From: Armatimonadota bacterium
GTDB taxonomy: Bacteria; Armatimonadota; Fimbriimonadia; Fimbriimonadales; GBS-DC
Direction of reading: 5' to 3'
Length of the DNA stretch: 64,000 nucleotides
Assembly: GCA_013359125.1 (NCBI GenBank)
Contig: JABWCR010000001.1
Location: forward strand, 84,475-148,474
The number at the start of each line of letters is the position of its first letter. The stretch's first letter is position 1. The notes under the pieces were generated by a model, which was given only the letters and a program-made list of their open reading frames with translations, was not told where the DNA came from and ran no database searches. The position numbers and the translations under genes are program-made. Shown piece after piece: positions 1 to 11,592 of the stretch.

Positions 1-158
1 AATGGGCAGAAGCGGCAGATCGGTCGGTATCGAGGGTCGGCGGCTGCGTCGAACCGGCTTCTTGGCCTTTTTGACCTCAGTCTCAACTTGGCTCATATGG
101 TAGGTAGAGATTACCTCATGAGTCGCTGGTCGCTTCTTGACGAATCATTTCGTCGTTC

Positions 159-572
159 CTATTGCCAGAAATGACGATCCAGCCGCTCCAGATTGCAGAA
201 GCGAGCGCGAGAAAGGGGCCGACGCCCCTTGTAGCCTCGATCGATAAGATAAACGAAATCGAGTGCGCCGCTGCGAGAATCGGAAGAAGCACTAGAGCCA
301 ATGGTCGCTGGGTCTGCTTGGCCAACAACAAGCAGTATGGCAATTGGAACGAACGCGATCGCCGCAACGCCGAGCCAGTTAGGGGCATAAACATTGAATA
401 GTTCGACCGACTCTCGCGCAGTGAGTTCGACAGTCAAATCTGGGCCCACAAGCCTGTTGGTAATCTCCCCCAACGCCCCGCCAATTTCTATCGGAACTAC
501 CGCCCATGTCGTAAACAGCGCAACCAACGCCGGTACTGTCGCCAACAATGCATTGACGAAGAGGCTCTTCAT
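159..572 (-). CDS. hypothetical membrane protein (possibly frameshifted, continuing in ORF 116..394)
   Basis: Hydrophobic N-terminus MKSLFVNALLATVPALVALF and a second TM-like segment. The same-strand ORF 116..394 also reads as TM-like text, so either there is a frameshift near 300-330 or only one frame is real. No family recognised. Confidence 0.3.
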   Translation of the reverse strand: MKSLFVNALLATVPALVALFTTWAVVPIEIGGALGEITNRLVGPDLTVELTARESVELFNVYAPNWLGVAAIAFVPIAILLVVGQADPATIGSSASSDSRSGALDFVYLIDRGYKGRRPLSRARFCNLERLDRHFWQ

Positions 573-687
573 GATACGCTTAATTCGGCCTATTTGCTTA
601 GAATCCCGCCGCCCCGATTCGCCTTGTCAGAGTTGTGTCAGACCCCTTTGGCAAACTATCGCCAAACGACAAACGGAGGCATCTGAC

Positions 688-2865
688 ATGCAAAGAAACC
701 AATCGGCGATCCTCGCCTTAAGCATCACCGTCGCGACGCTCATCGCGTCTGCGGCCAACTCGCAAGCCGTCCTCGCCTGGGCCGGAAGAGAAACCGGCCC
801 CGGCAACGACTTTGACATCGTAACCGACATGGCCGTCGACTCGCAAGGCCATGTCTACACGACCGGGTATTCCGCCGGACCTAACGGCCACGACATGTTC
901 ACCGTCAAATATCATTGGAACGGCGCCCGACTCTGGTCGCATCGCTACAATGGTTCGGCCAACACCAACGATTACGGCCGCGGCCTCGCTATCGACTCGC
1001 AAGACAACATCTACGTGGTCGGCAGCACGAACGAGGTTGGTCAAGGCTCTATCATGCGCATCGTCAAGTACAGCCCTCAAGGCTATGCGCTGTGGTCCAA
1101 TGCCTACAACTCGCCCGATGGCGGGGATGCGTTCTACGATGTTAAAATCGGCCCAGACGATAAGCCCATCGCGACCGGCACGGGCGGCACAGGCAGCTGC
1201 ATCACGATCAAGTACGACCAGAACGCCTCGACGGAGTGGCTGGATGGCTACAACAATACCGGCGTGCCCAGCGGCCTTGACATTGGCCTTGCTCTGACCA
1301 TCGATGCAGCCGGCAACTGCTACGTCGTCGGCAACACTTACAACGGAATGCGCGGCGACGACATGCTCTTCCTTAAGTACAATGCCGCAGGAACCAGACA
1401 GTGGGTGCGGCTGTACAACGGGCCGTACGGCGCCAACTCCAGCATCAACCTCGGTTTCTACATCGAAGACAGCGCGCTCGATTGTGCCGTGATGAACGTG
1501 AGCGGCACAAACTATCTCTACGTCGCCGGTTATGCGACGACCGCTGTTGCGAACAACGTTGCCACGGTCGGCCAGGTCATCCTCAAGATGGACGCGGGCA
1601 ACGGCTCGAACCTCGCGACCGTTGTGGGCAACCCGGCCAGCGGCCAGTTCGATTTCAAGCGACTGGCGGTCTGGTCTTCGGATCAGCGCGTCTACGCAGC
1701 AGGTTCCCGCGGATGCTATGCGTTCGACGCCAACTTGAACGTCGTCTGGTTCAATCCGACCGCCAGCGCAGATGTGGCGACCGACATCGATGGAGAGCCG
1801 GTTTTCCTAGACGGAGCCACTAGCGACGCTCGCGTTACTAAGATCAACAAGTTCAACGGTCAAGTTCGATGGTCGGCGGCCTATGACGGCGGCGGCAGCG
1901 AGAGCCCGGTGCGCGTCGCTTTGGACAGCCTCGGACGAGTCTACGTCGGGACAACCTCGCAAGGCGCCGGTCAAGACATGGTCGTCGCCCAGTTCGTCCA
2001 AGCGCCCTATGCCAAGATCAGCTTTAGCCACCCGATTCACGACCTCGCCGATGTCTACATCGGCCTGGGCAATCCCGACAATCCGATCTTTTTGAAAAAG
2101 GTCTGGGACGGCGAGAATCACGGCTCGGGCGAGCGCACGGTCTACCTGCCGTTGCGCGACAAGCACTGGTTCTACCAAACGCCGAGCGAGACCGTGGTCT
2201 ACTTTGGCAAAGTAACCGATGCCAACGGCGACGCAGAAGGCGCGCTAACCGGCTTTAGTATCGTCAGCGGCGGCGCGACGTATGCGAGCGGCAATGCGCC
2301 GACCGACGTGCCGGCCAACTCCAGCGCGATGGCCTACATCCCCACGCGCCAGAGCAAAACCGCGCTTGTCCGCATCGACCATCCAAATCGAGGCGACCTG
2401 AGAGTTGAAGTCGGCGCGGGCGACCCCGATTCGCCGTCTTATGTCAAGTTGGTAACCCAATACACCGGCAGCGGACTGCCGGGCATGTGGTGCCAAGTAG
2501 ACCTGACGGCGGCCTCCGCAATGCTCCCGCCTAGCTACCAGAATCGTTGGTGGGTGCGCGTGTTCGACGGCGGTCTGGGCAATCAGGGCCACATCACCGT
2601 GTTCAAGACCTTGACCAACAATCTGATGCACTCGGCCAAGTGCCTGCCCGCGGCGATCCTCGACAATCAGCGAACCCTGGTCAGCATCCCTGGCGCCCCG
2701 GGCGATCTGAACTGCGATGGCTGCGTGGACGACTCGGATCTGGCGATCGTGCTCGGACAGTTTGGCGCTTACGGCCAAAACCTGAACGGCGATGCGAACG
2801 GCGACGGTGCGGTCGACGATGTCGATCTGGCTATCGTTCTGCAACATTTCGGAGAAGGTTGCTGA
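688..2865 (+). CDS. secreted SBBP-type beta-propeller repeat protein with two P-domain-like modules and a dockerin-like C-terminal tail
   Basis: Lies inside ORF 394..2865. Start moved to ATG 688 (SD acggagg about 8 nt upstream), giving signal peptide MQRNQSAILALSITVATLIASAANSQA. Recurrent D..GN.YV.G......KY...G...W propeller repeats. IDHPNRGDLRVEVGAG resembles the proprotein-convertase P-domain hallmark. Tail: GDLNCDGCVDDSDLAIVLGQFG..GDANGDGAVDDVDLAIVLQHFGEGC. Confidence 0.85.
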   Translation: MQRNQSAILALSITVATLIASAANSQAVLAWAGRETGPGNDFDIVTDMAVDSQGHVYTTGYSAGPNGHDMFTVKYHWNGARLWSHRYNGSANTNDYGRGLAIDSQDNIYVVGSTNEVGQGSIMRIVKYSPQGYALWSNAYNSPDGGDAFYDVKIGPDDKPIATGTGGTGSCITIKYDQNASTEWLDGYNNTGVPSGLDIGLALTIDAAGNCYVVGNTYNGMRGDDMLFLKYNAAGTRQWVRLYNGPYGANSSINLGFYIEDSALDCAVMNVSGTNYLYVAGYATTAVANNVATVGQVILKMDAGNGSNLATVVGNPASGQFDFKRLAVWSSDQRVYAAGSRGCYAFDANLNVVWFNPTASADVATDIDGEPVFLDGATSDARVTKINKFNGQVRWSAAYDGGGSESPVRVALDSLGRVYVGTTSQGAGQDMVVAQFVQAPYAKISFSHPIHDLADVYIGLGNPDNPIFLKKVWDGENHGSGERTVYLPLRDKHWFYQTPSETVVYFGKVTDANGDAEGALTGFSIVSGGATYASGNAPTDVPANSSAMAYIPTRQSKTALVRIDHPNRGDLRVEVGAGDPDSPSYVKLVTQYTGSGLPGMWCQVDLTAASAMLPPSYQNRWWVRVFDGGLGNQGHITVFKTLTNNLMHSAKCLPAAILDNQRTLVSIPGAPGDLNCDGCVDDSDLAIVLGQFGAYGQNLNGDANGDGAVDDVDLAIVLQHFGEGC

Positions 2866-3443
2866 TGGCCGCCCAAACCGAAAGCCAGCGAATGATCGAC
2901 GCCCTGGAGAGCGACGACTGGCGCGAGAGGTTCGACGCGACCTACGCTCTCGGGATGATGAGCGAGGAGGACAACGTCCTCCCGCTCATCCGGGCGCTGG
3001 ACGATCCGCACGAGATGATTCGAGGCGCCGCGGCAGGGGCGCTCGGCGTGATGCGCGACCCCAGAGCCTTCGAGCCGCTCTCCAAAGCGCTCAAGGACCC
3101 GGACAAGCATGTGCGCATGGTGGCCGCCGCAGCATTGGGCGAGACCTACGATCGGTTGGCCGTCGGCCCGCTGATCGAGGCTCTGCAGGACGAAGAGCCG
3201 GGTGTGCGAACAGCGGCGATCTATGCCCTAGGCTGGCTGAGCGACGAGCGCGCCATGCCAGCGCTGCTAGCGTCGCTCACCGACGATTGCGAGCATGTGC
3301 GCTTCCTGGCCGCCAAAGCCGTGGCCAACATCTGGAGCCCGGCTGCCGTTGAGCCGCTGCTGCCCATGATCGAAAGCGACGACCCCGCCGTCCGCCAAGA
3401 AGCCTCGATGCTTCTCAGCCGCCGCTACAGGGGAGAGTCGTAG
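2865..3443 (+). CDS. HEAT-repeat (PBS-lyase HEAT-like) protein
   Basis: ATG 2865 overlaps the upstream stop (TGATG), implying translational coupling. Repeated D.D..VR..AA.ALG units: DDPHEMIRGAAAGALG, DPDKHVRMVAAAALG, DEEPGVRTAAIYALG, DDCEHVRFLAAKAV, DDPAVRQEA. Confidence 0.8.
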   Translation: MAAQTESQRMIDALESDDWRERFDATYALGMMSEEDNVLPLIRALDDPHEMIRGAAAGALGVMRDPRAFEPLSKALKDPDKHVRMVAAAALGETYDRLAVGPLIEALQDEEPGVRTAAIYALGWLSDERAMPALLASLTDDCEHVRFLAAKAVANIWSPAAVEPLLPMIESDDPAVRQEASMLLSRRYRGES

Positions 3444-3447
3444 ACGT

Positions 3448-3470
3448 GGAACGCCGCCCTTCCGCCTGGC
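3448..3470. repeat. degenerate copy of hairpin repeat module A (ggaacgcc..ccgcctggc)
   Basis: ggaacgccgcccttccgcctggc lies between convergent genes. It is related to the GGAACGCCAGGCNNNNGCCTGGC copies listed below. Confidence 0.4.
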
Positions 3471-3614
3471 CCAAATGGCTCCCTGTATAGGCCGAGGGGC
3501 TCCGGGCTGGGTCTTCGCTTTGGCTCTCCGATCCCTCCGCGCCTGCCGTTTGGTGCGGAGGGCCCAGAGGAAGGCGCCTATCAGCATTGGAGCGTCCGGG
3601 GCGACTTGACCATC

Positions 3615-4910
3615 TCAAATCAGCTTCCGCTCTCGCGCCGCTTGCTCTAGCTCGTCCTGAAAGGCCGGGTCCGCAATAGCGATCAGGGCTTCCGCGCGTC
3701 GACGAAGGCTCATCCCAAACAGCCGCGCCGTACCGTGTTCGGTAACCACGCAGTCCACGTCCGCCCGCGTAGTCACCACGCCCGCTCCCTGTCGCAAAAA
3801 GGGCACAATGCGAGAAAACTGGCCGCCCTTGGCCGTGCTGGGCAACGCAATGATTGCCCGCCCTCCTTGCGACGCCGTAGCCCCGCGCACAAAATCCACC
3901 TGACCGCCTACGCCCGAATAGATCTCCGTACCGATCGAATCGGCGCACACCTGCCCGGTCAAATCGATCTCCAGCGCCGAGTTGACCGAAATCATCGAAG
4001 CGTTCTGACTGATAACGCTCGGATCGTTGACGTAATCGACCGGATGCGATTCGATCCCCGCATTGTCGTGCAAAAAGGCGTACAGTTCGGCCGAACCGAG
4101 CGCAAAAGTAATGACCGCTTTGCCCGGATGCAGCGTCTTCATGCGGCCGTTCGCAATGCCTTTCTGGATCGCGCGCATGGCGCCGTCCGACAGCATCTCG
4201 GTATGAATGCCCAGGTCGCGCGCGTCCTCCAGGGCTTCAAAGAGCGCGTCGGGCACGCCGCCAATGCCCATCTGCAGCGTCGCCCCGTTGGGGATCAAGC
4301 GCCGCGCGTGCTCGCCGATCCGCCGCTCCACATCGGTAACCTCGACCCGTGGCAATTCGGGCAGTGCTTGCTCGGCCTCCACAATAGCGTCCACATCGCC
4401 GACGCTCACAAAGCAATCGCCTAAAGCACGGGGCATCCGAGAATTGACCTGCGCGATAACCCGGCGCGCCGAGCGTATCGCCGCATTCGTGATGAGCGAT
4501 TCGACGCCAAAACTCATCAAACCCTGGTTGTCGGGCGGGCTCGCCATAATCAAAGCGGCATCCAGCGGCACGATGCGGTCGTCGAAAAGACGCGGAATCT
4601 GATGCAGATGGATCGGCACATAATCGGCCCGGCCCTCCCGCACCGCCTGGCGGTCGCCCTTGCCCACAAACAGGCAGTTGTGCCGAAAAGCGCCCTCGCA
4701 TTCGGGACTGGCCAGAGGATTGTCCCCCAACATTAGCATATGGGTGATTTCGACGCCGATCAGGTCGCCTGCCCGCTGGGCAAGAGCCGTCAACAGCGCC
4801 GTAGGCGTGGCGGCGTTGCCCGCTACGTAGAGCCTATCGCCCGAACGAATCGCCTCGACCGCCTGCTCGGCTGTTTGGAGCTTCGATCGGTAATCGTCCT
4901 GCCAGCGCAT
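3615..4910 (-). CDS. acetyl-CoA hydrolase/transferase family protein (4-hydroxybutyrate CoA-transferase-like)
   Basis: 431 aa. The N-terminus MRWQDDYRSKLQTAEQAVEAIRSGDRLYVAGNAATP and the EMLSDG and GGQVDF motifs are typical of this family. Confidence 0.85.
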   Translation of the reverse strand: MRWQDDYRSKLQTAEQAVEAIRSGDRLYVAGNAATPTALLTALAQRAGDLIGVEITHMLMLGDNPLASPECEGAFRHNCLFVGKGDRQAVREGRADYVPIHLHQIPRLFDDRIVPLDAALIMASPPDNQGLMSFGVESLITNAAIRSARRVIAQVNSRMPRALGDCFVSVGDVDAIVEAEQALPELPRVEVTDVERRIGEHARRLIPNGATLQMGIGGVPDALFEALEDARDLGIHTEMLSDGAMRAIQKGIANGRMKTLHPGKAVITFALGSAELYAFLHDNAGIESHPVDYVNDPSVISQNASMISVNSALEIDLTGQVCADSIGTEIYSGVGGQVDFVRGATASQGGRAIIALPSTAKGGQFSRIVPFLRQGAGVVTTRADVDCVVTEHGTARLFGMSLRRRAEALIAIADPAFQDELEQAARERKLI

Positions 4911-5010
4911 GGCGGTCGCTTAGACAACCTTCCTAAGACGATCGGACGAAACGAACCGGGCGGCGCGATCCCTCTTGGGCATAAATGGGATTATAGCGCC
5001 GCTCGCACAA

Positions 5011-6538
5011 TCATGGACATACAGATCCGAACGCCCAAAGCATGGCCGCCAGGTCGGAATCGTCGATCCAGCCGTCCGCGTTGACGTCGCCCGCCGACCC
5101 CGGGTCTACCGATCGCCCGAATTGTTCAAGAACGATGGCCAAGTCCGCATCGTCAACATAGCCGCGTCCGCCCAGCCTTGGCAGTATCGAGCAATGATCC
5201 ATGGATACGCGAGCGTGAGCCAAATCCCACCAACGGGATCGATCCAAACGTCTCGCGCAACGGTTACGTTGGTGCGAGGCCCTTCGTAGATGTGCTTCTC
5301 TATCAGGCTGCCGTCCAATGTATAACGCATCAGGTAAATGCTATGTTGGTTGCTGTGCGGCCCCCCTCCCATCGTTGCCGTTATCTGGCCTCTAGCATCT
5401 ACCCTCGCCCGACCGAAACCGCCCAAGAAGCGATAATACGGTCTATAACTGATCTCGCGTTGAATCTCTCCGTCGGTCGTTACGGACAAAATGAGCGGCC
5501 GCCCTTCGTTCCAGTCCTTGATCCAAGAGACGCCGCCCGACGCTAAGATCGTCGTGCCGTGCACCTCCACATCGCTTGCCGAACCTTGGTTCAGGATTCC
5601 GTACGGAGCATAAAGAAAACTCCATCGGATCTGACCGTCAGGGCCGACCCGAGCCATGGGCAGGGCGGTGGATGGACCCCCAACATTGCTATTGCCTTGA
5701 GTGGCATGGCCGACAAAGACCAAGTCTCCTTCGTAGGTTGCAAGGCCGTATGCATTAAGACTCCCATCGAACTGATGGGGCGGTAGAGTTCGAAGTAGGG
5801 CCTCTCCGTCCCATCTGGAGCGTAGGCGCGACCTACCAGCGATGAGACATAGGGAGTCGCGTGGTCTAGCCTGCCGTTGCTCTTGCTGCCCAAGACGAAG
5901 ACAACGTCCGATTCCGCGGAATAGATAATCCTCGACGCCTTGTTGCTGTGCCGTCTCAACTCTGCAGGCAGTCTCCTCGCCCACTCGAGTCGTCCATCAG
6001 GGCTCAATTTGTACACCGGCCAATGACTAACAAAGTTCATGTCGTCCGAATAGCCGCAGACATAGACGCCCCCTCGATCATCGACGGCGATGCGCCGAGG
6101 ATCCTCAAAGAGCCACTGGCCGCTCGGCATCGACTCGAATTGGTGGGACCAAATCAGGTTGCCCTCTTTGTCGTGCTTAACGACGCAACTTGCCGAGATT
6201 CGCTCCGGATATTCCGTCCCGTAATCCACCATCCCGAGCGAAACGATCGAGCCGTCTTTGCCCTGCGCCATAGACCTCCCGTCAATTCTGCCGCGAGGAG
6301 GACTATAAGTCGAGCGCCAGATCAGCCGTCCGTCAGGAGCGTGCTTAGAAACGGAAAGGAATCTTCCCGAGGCATTGTTCCCATAGGACGAGTTGACGAG
6401 GTTCCCTGAAGAATCGGCCGTTGAATCAGCATAGTCGCTGGCAACGGACTGACCAGCGCGTTCGGTCCAGTGTAATCGAAACTGCCCGAAACTCGCCGCC
6501 GCGGCCATCAAGGCCGCGCACACAAACATTGAGCGCAT
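5011..6538 (-). pseudogene. frameshifted SBBP beta-propeller / dockerin-like-tail gene (paralog of 42714..44294)
   Basis: Three consecutive same-strand ORFs in three different frames (5591..6538, 5106..5984, 5011..5247). Together they reconstruct signal peptide, propeller and dockerin-like tail, and are colinear with the intact 551-aa paralog. Frame switches fall near 5780-5830 and near 5170-5250. Confidence 0.7.
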
Positions 6539-7251
6539 CCTTTCTGGGCCTCCAACTCTTTGGTTTCAGCAGTTATCGGTTGGCCGTCAAAGACGCGAAC
6601 TCGCAGAATCAGCTCCAATGCGCGCCCTTTTCCATCAGTGGCGGTTCCGGTCGCCCAAATGCCGCCGCTCTCGTCCAGCGCTAGCCGATCGAACAAACCG
6701 GAAAATCCTTCCGGCAAACGCATCATCCGCGCGCCGTGCAATGGACCGTATGCAAACTCGATTTCCCAGTCGTTTGACGGAACGCCTTCGCGGGCATCCA
6801 TCTTGACAATAACGGGCGCGGCGACCGGACCAATAGCCAACGAGCCAGCCGCATAGAGATTTCCGAATCGATCGAGCAGGATGGCCGAAGCCTGTTCCGC
6901 GCCGTCTCCCATATCCATTCGCCTTGTCCACTCAATCCGATAATCGTTCTCCGAATGCCGCTTGTACTTGCGGACCACAAAGTTCCCGTCCGTGCCCGCA
7001 ACGTAAAGATTGCCAAGCGGATCGGTGGCAAGGCTGTTTCCGCGACTGCCCTGGACATTCCAGGTGTCGCTCCAGACAACGTTGTCTTCCGAGTTTCGTT
7101 TGGCTATCCAGAGCGTCGGGTTTTTCCCATGGCTACCGGTTTCAAAGATGTTTCCATGTCGATCGACTAGGGTAGAGCGAATCTGAGGCGGCTGCGCCAA
7201 GGCGCACAATGCAAAAAGCAATGCGAGCGAAACGCCGACTTTGCGAAGCAT
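6508..7251 (-). CDS. secreted SBBP beta-propeller protein, short form (N-terminal ~45% equivalent of 44350..46056)
   Basis: Signal peptide MLRKVGVSLALLFALCALAQP. Blocks VVWSDTWN, NFVVRKYKRHSENDYRIEWT and GAEQASAILLDRFGNLYAAG align by eye with LLWSDQWN, DFAVRKYAKHATQESYTAAWT and GQEQARAIILDPDRRVFVAG of the 568-aa paralog. It lacks the dockerin-like tail. Confidence 0.7.
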   Translation of the reverse strand: MLRKVGVSLALLFALCALAQPPQIRSTLVDRHGNIFETGSHGKNPTLWIAKRNSEDNVVWSDTWNVQGSRGNSLATDPLGNLYVAGTDGNFVVRKYKRHSENDYRIEWTRRMDMGDGAEQASAILLDRFGNLYAAGSLAIGPVAAPVIVKMDAREGVPSNDWEIEFAYGPLHGARMMRLPEGFSGLFDRLALDESGGIWATGTATDGKGRALELILRVRVFDGQPITAETKELEAQKGCAQCLCARP

Positions 7252-7335
7252 GGCGATCCTCCAGTACGGATTTAGTGATTACCGCTATTTTGACAGCATG
7301 AAGCGGTGAATAGGTTTCGGCAGTTTCAATCCCGG

Positions 7336-7341
7336 TATAAT
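7336..7341 (+). promoter_or_regulatory. -10 box TATAAT placed 6 nt before ATG 7348 (leaderless geometry)
   Basis: Sequence is cccggTATAATcgcgctATG. No SD is possible in the 6-nt gap. Confidence 0.4.
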
Positions 7342-7347
7342 CGCGCT

Positions 7348-7914
7348 ATGCAAGAGATCATGGTCATCGGGCACGCGCATAGCGATCCGGCCAAGCCGGA
7401 GCTGGCGATGGAGGTCTTTCGGCAATATCAGACCATACTGAGCGAGTTGGACGGTTTTCGATCCATGACCTGTTGGCAAGCCGTAGAAGACCCGACCGAG
7501 TTTCGCGTGGTGCGCCACTATCGGGACGAGGCTTCGGCAGAAGCGGGAGAGGCCGCGCTGATCGAGAGCGACGCTTTCGAACTGGTTATGGAAGCCTTTA
7601 TCGATACGGCCGACGTCCGCCGCTACATGATCGACGGCCGGTCGTCGCCCAATACCATGCCGGTGGGGGCTTACGCCTCCTTTAGCGTGACCCAAAGCCC
7701 CGCGGGCGAAGAGACCGAAGTAGAGCAAGACCTGAGCCTGATTTTTGAGAATCTGAAGGCGATCCCGGGCTATCGGGGCGGCATGTTCGGGCGAAACGTA
7801 TCGCTGACCTCGGAGGTCTTGGGCTTGGCATTTTGGGACAGCATCGACGCCTTTGTCAAGTCGTTGCCAGAGAAGCCGGTCTTCGTAGTGAAGGCGTTCC
7901 GCCGCGTGGCATAG
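7348..7914 (+). CDS. tandem antibiotic-biosynthesis-monooxygenase (ABM, dimeric alpha/beta-barrel) domain protein
   Basis: Lies inside ORF 7306..7914. Two ABM-like halves: MQEIMVIGHAH...FRVVRHYRDEASAEA and ASFSVTQ...LGLAFWDSIDAFVKS. Confidence 0.6.
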   Translation: MQEIMVIGHAHSDPAKPELAMEVFRQYQTILSELDGFRSMTCWQAVEDPTEFRVVRHYRDEASAEAGEAALIESDAFELVMEAFIDTADVRRYMIDGRSSPNTMPVGAYASFSVTQSPAGEETEVEQDLSLIFENLKAIPGYRGGMFGRNVSLTSEVLGLAFWDSIDAFVKSLPEKPVFVVKAFRRVA

Positions 7915-7933
7915 GCGCTCTTCGTGCCTGTTC

Positions 7934-8052
7934 TTGTGCTACATTTTTCTAGAAGGCCGCTACAGTGCGCTCCGCCGCATTTTCTGAACGTGTCGCCGGG
8001 AGGGCGAGCGTCCCCGCGAGCCGCTGACCGGAACGCCAGGCTTCCGCCTGGC
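7934..8052. repeat. composite intergenic repeat (module C fragment ttgtgctacattt, module B gggagggcgagcgtccccgcgagcc, hairpin module A)
   Basis: Module C at 7934..7946, module B at 7998..8022, module A at 8030..8052 (ggaacgccaggcttccgcctggc). It lies between convergent gene ends. Confidence 0.75.
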
Positions 8053-8078
8053 CCGGCAGAAGCCTGGCGATCCGAATA

Positions 8079-9911
<1,833 letters not shown>

Positions 9912-9914
9912 GTC

Positions 9915-11582
9915 CTATTTCGCCTGGTTCGCTTTGTTGGCCTTGGCCGCCTCTTCGGCCATCTTCTTCTGTTGCGCTTGTTGCTCCATCATCGCCTTCT
10001 GCTCTTCGGCGCGCTGTTTAACCATTTGATCGAACAGATCCTTGCGCTTGTCGGTCGCTTCTTTGGCCAGTTCGCTCATGTTGTGCTTCTTGGCGACCTC
10101 GCCGATTCGCTCGGCCAAACCGAAGTGCTCGGGCTTGTAGGCGTTGGCCAAGGCGATCTCGAGCGAATCTTTGGCCGCTTTCTCCTCTTTGTTCGCCAAC
10201 AGCCTCTCGGCAAAGAGGATTCTCAGCTCGGCGTCTTCTGCTCCGCCCTCGTTGAAAAAGGCCCGAAGCGCGCCTAAGAGTTGATCGTTATATTCAGCCT
10301 TCTGCTTTTCGTCGGCAGGCAGGGCGGCTAGCTCCTTCAGCACTTCAATTTGAAGGAACCGAGCCATGATCGACCAGCGAGGCTGGCTGAGCGATTCGTC
10401 GATCGCCTTGAGCGCGGCGGTGCCGGCCTTCATCTTCTCGGCGGCCATCGGGTGCGGATTCATCTTCCAGTCGCGATAGGCCTTGATGAGCGGAATCTTG
10501 ATGTCGGTCTTGTACTCTTGGGTAGCCGTTGAAGTCGACTTGAAGAACTCCTGCTGAGCGCGCTGGTTGGCGTACTGCTCGGCATATTCCTTTTTCTTCT
10601 CCTCAAAGTCCTTCGGTAGGTTGGGCTTGCGACTGACCATCTGGTAGAGGAAGAACGACTTACCATCCGAGGCCTCGATCAAGTCCGACGTGCCGTTGAC
10701 CGGAAGCGCAAGAATTTTGCCTACATCCTCGGGCTTCAGGCGATAGCCCAGCATGTTCTGCACGTCGCCATACCGCCCCTTGTCGATGATTCCCTTCTGA
10801 TTCTTGATAAAGTCCACGTCGTCGCTGAATTTCTTGACCGCCTCTTCAAACTTCATGCCGCCTGCGACAGCGGCCTTCGCCTCTTCGGCCTTCTTCTTCG
10901 CCTCTTCGACCGAGCGCTTATCGCTATTGAGCACGATTCGCGCCGTCTCCACCTCGTCGTAGCTCAGCTTGAGTTGCTCGTCGTTGGGCAGATACTTGGA
11001 CTTCAGCGAATCGATCCATTTTTGCTGGGTGGCTTGCAACACGAACATGGTCTCGTCCTGCTCCATAAATCGCTTTTCCAAATCGGCCAGAGACATGCCG
11101 TACTGCTTCTTCATCTCCTTGTCCAAGTCGGCGTCGGTGCCCTTGCCGTCCTTTAGCAGGCTGGCTCGATAGCTGGCCAGTTGGTCGCGGAAGGTCTTCT
11201 CTTTGAACGCGTCGACCTCGCGGCCGCTCGCCAGCATTCCGGCTTTCTTGGCGGCCTGGACGAAAGCCTTTTGATAGGCTAACTGATTGATGGCCTGATC
11301 GATCGACTGAAGCTCGCTCGCCGGGCCGGAAGAGGGATTGAACTGCTGGTTCTGGCGAACGATCTTCATCACCTCTTCGCCATAGATCGACTCTTTGCCA
11401 ACGGTGGCGATTACCTCTCGATCCTGAATGGCGTTGCCGTTTTGGCCGCCCATCAGATCGGTAGGGCCCGACCAAAGCGAGACCATGCTCAGCGCAACGA
11501 TCAGCGCGCCAATGACGACGAGCCACCGAACGCCCTTCTTTCTCAGCGTGTTTCTTATCGAACGAACTGTTATTCCAGCCAT
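9915..11582 (-). CDS. PpiD/SurA-like periplasmic chaperone with degenerate parvulin PPIase domain
   Basis: Start moved to ATG 11582 (MAGITVRS...). N-terminal TM anchor VVIGALIVALSMVSLW. A SurA-N-like region is followed by a parvulin-like block (FEEAVKKFSDD...GIIDKG...). Lys/Glu-rich tail. Confidence 0.65.
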   Translation of the reverse strand: MAGITVRSIRNTLRKKGVRWLVVIGALIVALSMVSLWSGPTDLMGGQNGNAIQDREVIATVGKESIYGEEVMKIVRQNQQFNPSSGPASELQSIDQAINQLAYQKAFVQAAKKAGMLASGREVDAFKEKTFRDQLASYRASLLKDGKGTDADLDKEMKKQYGMSLADLEKRFMEQDETMFVLQATQQKWIDSLKSKYLPNDEQLKLSYDEVETARIVLNSDKRSVEEAKKKAEEAKAAVAGGMKFEEAVKKFSDDVDFIKNQKGIIDKGRYGDVQNMLGYRLKPEDVGKILALPVNGTSDLIEASDGKSFFLYQMVSRKPNLPKDFEEKKKEYAEQYANQRAQQEFFKSTSTATQEYKTDIKIPLIKAYRDWKMNPHPMAAEKMKAGTAALKAIDESLSQPRWSIMARFLQIEVLKELAALPADEKQKAEYNDQLLGALRAFFNEGGAEDAELRILFAERLLANKEEKAAKDSLEIALANAYKPEHFGLAERIGEVAKKHNMSELAKEATDKRKDLFDQMVKQRAEEQKAMMEQQAQQKKMAEEAAKANKANQAK

Positions 11583-11592
11583 TATTGCCTCC

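Noticed and set aside
1-96. A possible 5' end of a minus-strand gene leaving the left edge (MSQVETEVKKAKKPVRRSRRPSIPTDLPLLPI...).
   Set aside because: Only 32 codons are visible. The sequence is basic and low-complexity with no clear SD, so there is not enough evidence to call it.
648-663. A sigma-54-like promoter motif TTGGCAaactaTCGC upstream of the 688 gene.
   Set aside because: The GG-to-GC spacing is one nucleotide short of the TGGCAC-N5-TTGC consensus, and the -12 element is TCGC. No enhancer-binding protein gene is nearby.
9912-9914. A possible glmS ribozyme upstream of glmS.
   Set aside because: Only 3 nt separate the glmS start from the upstream gene's stop, so there is no room for a ribozyme. 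glmS is the last gene of a tightly packed minus-strand operon.
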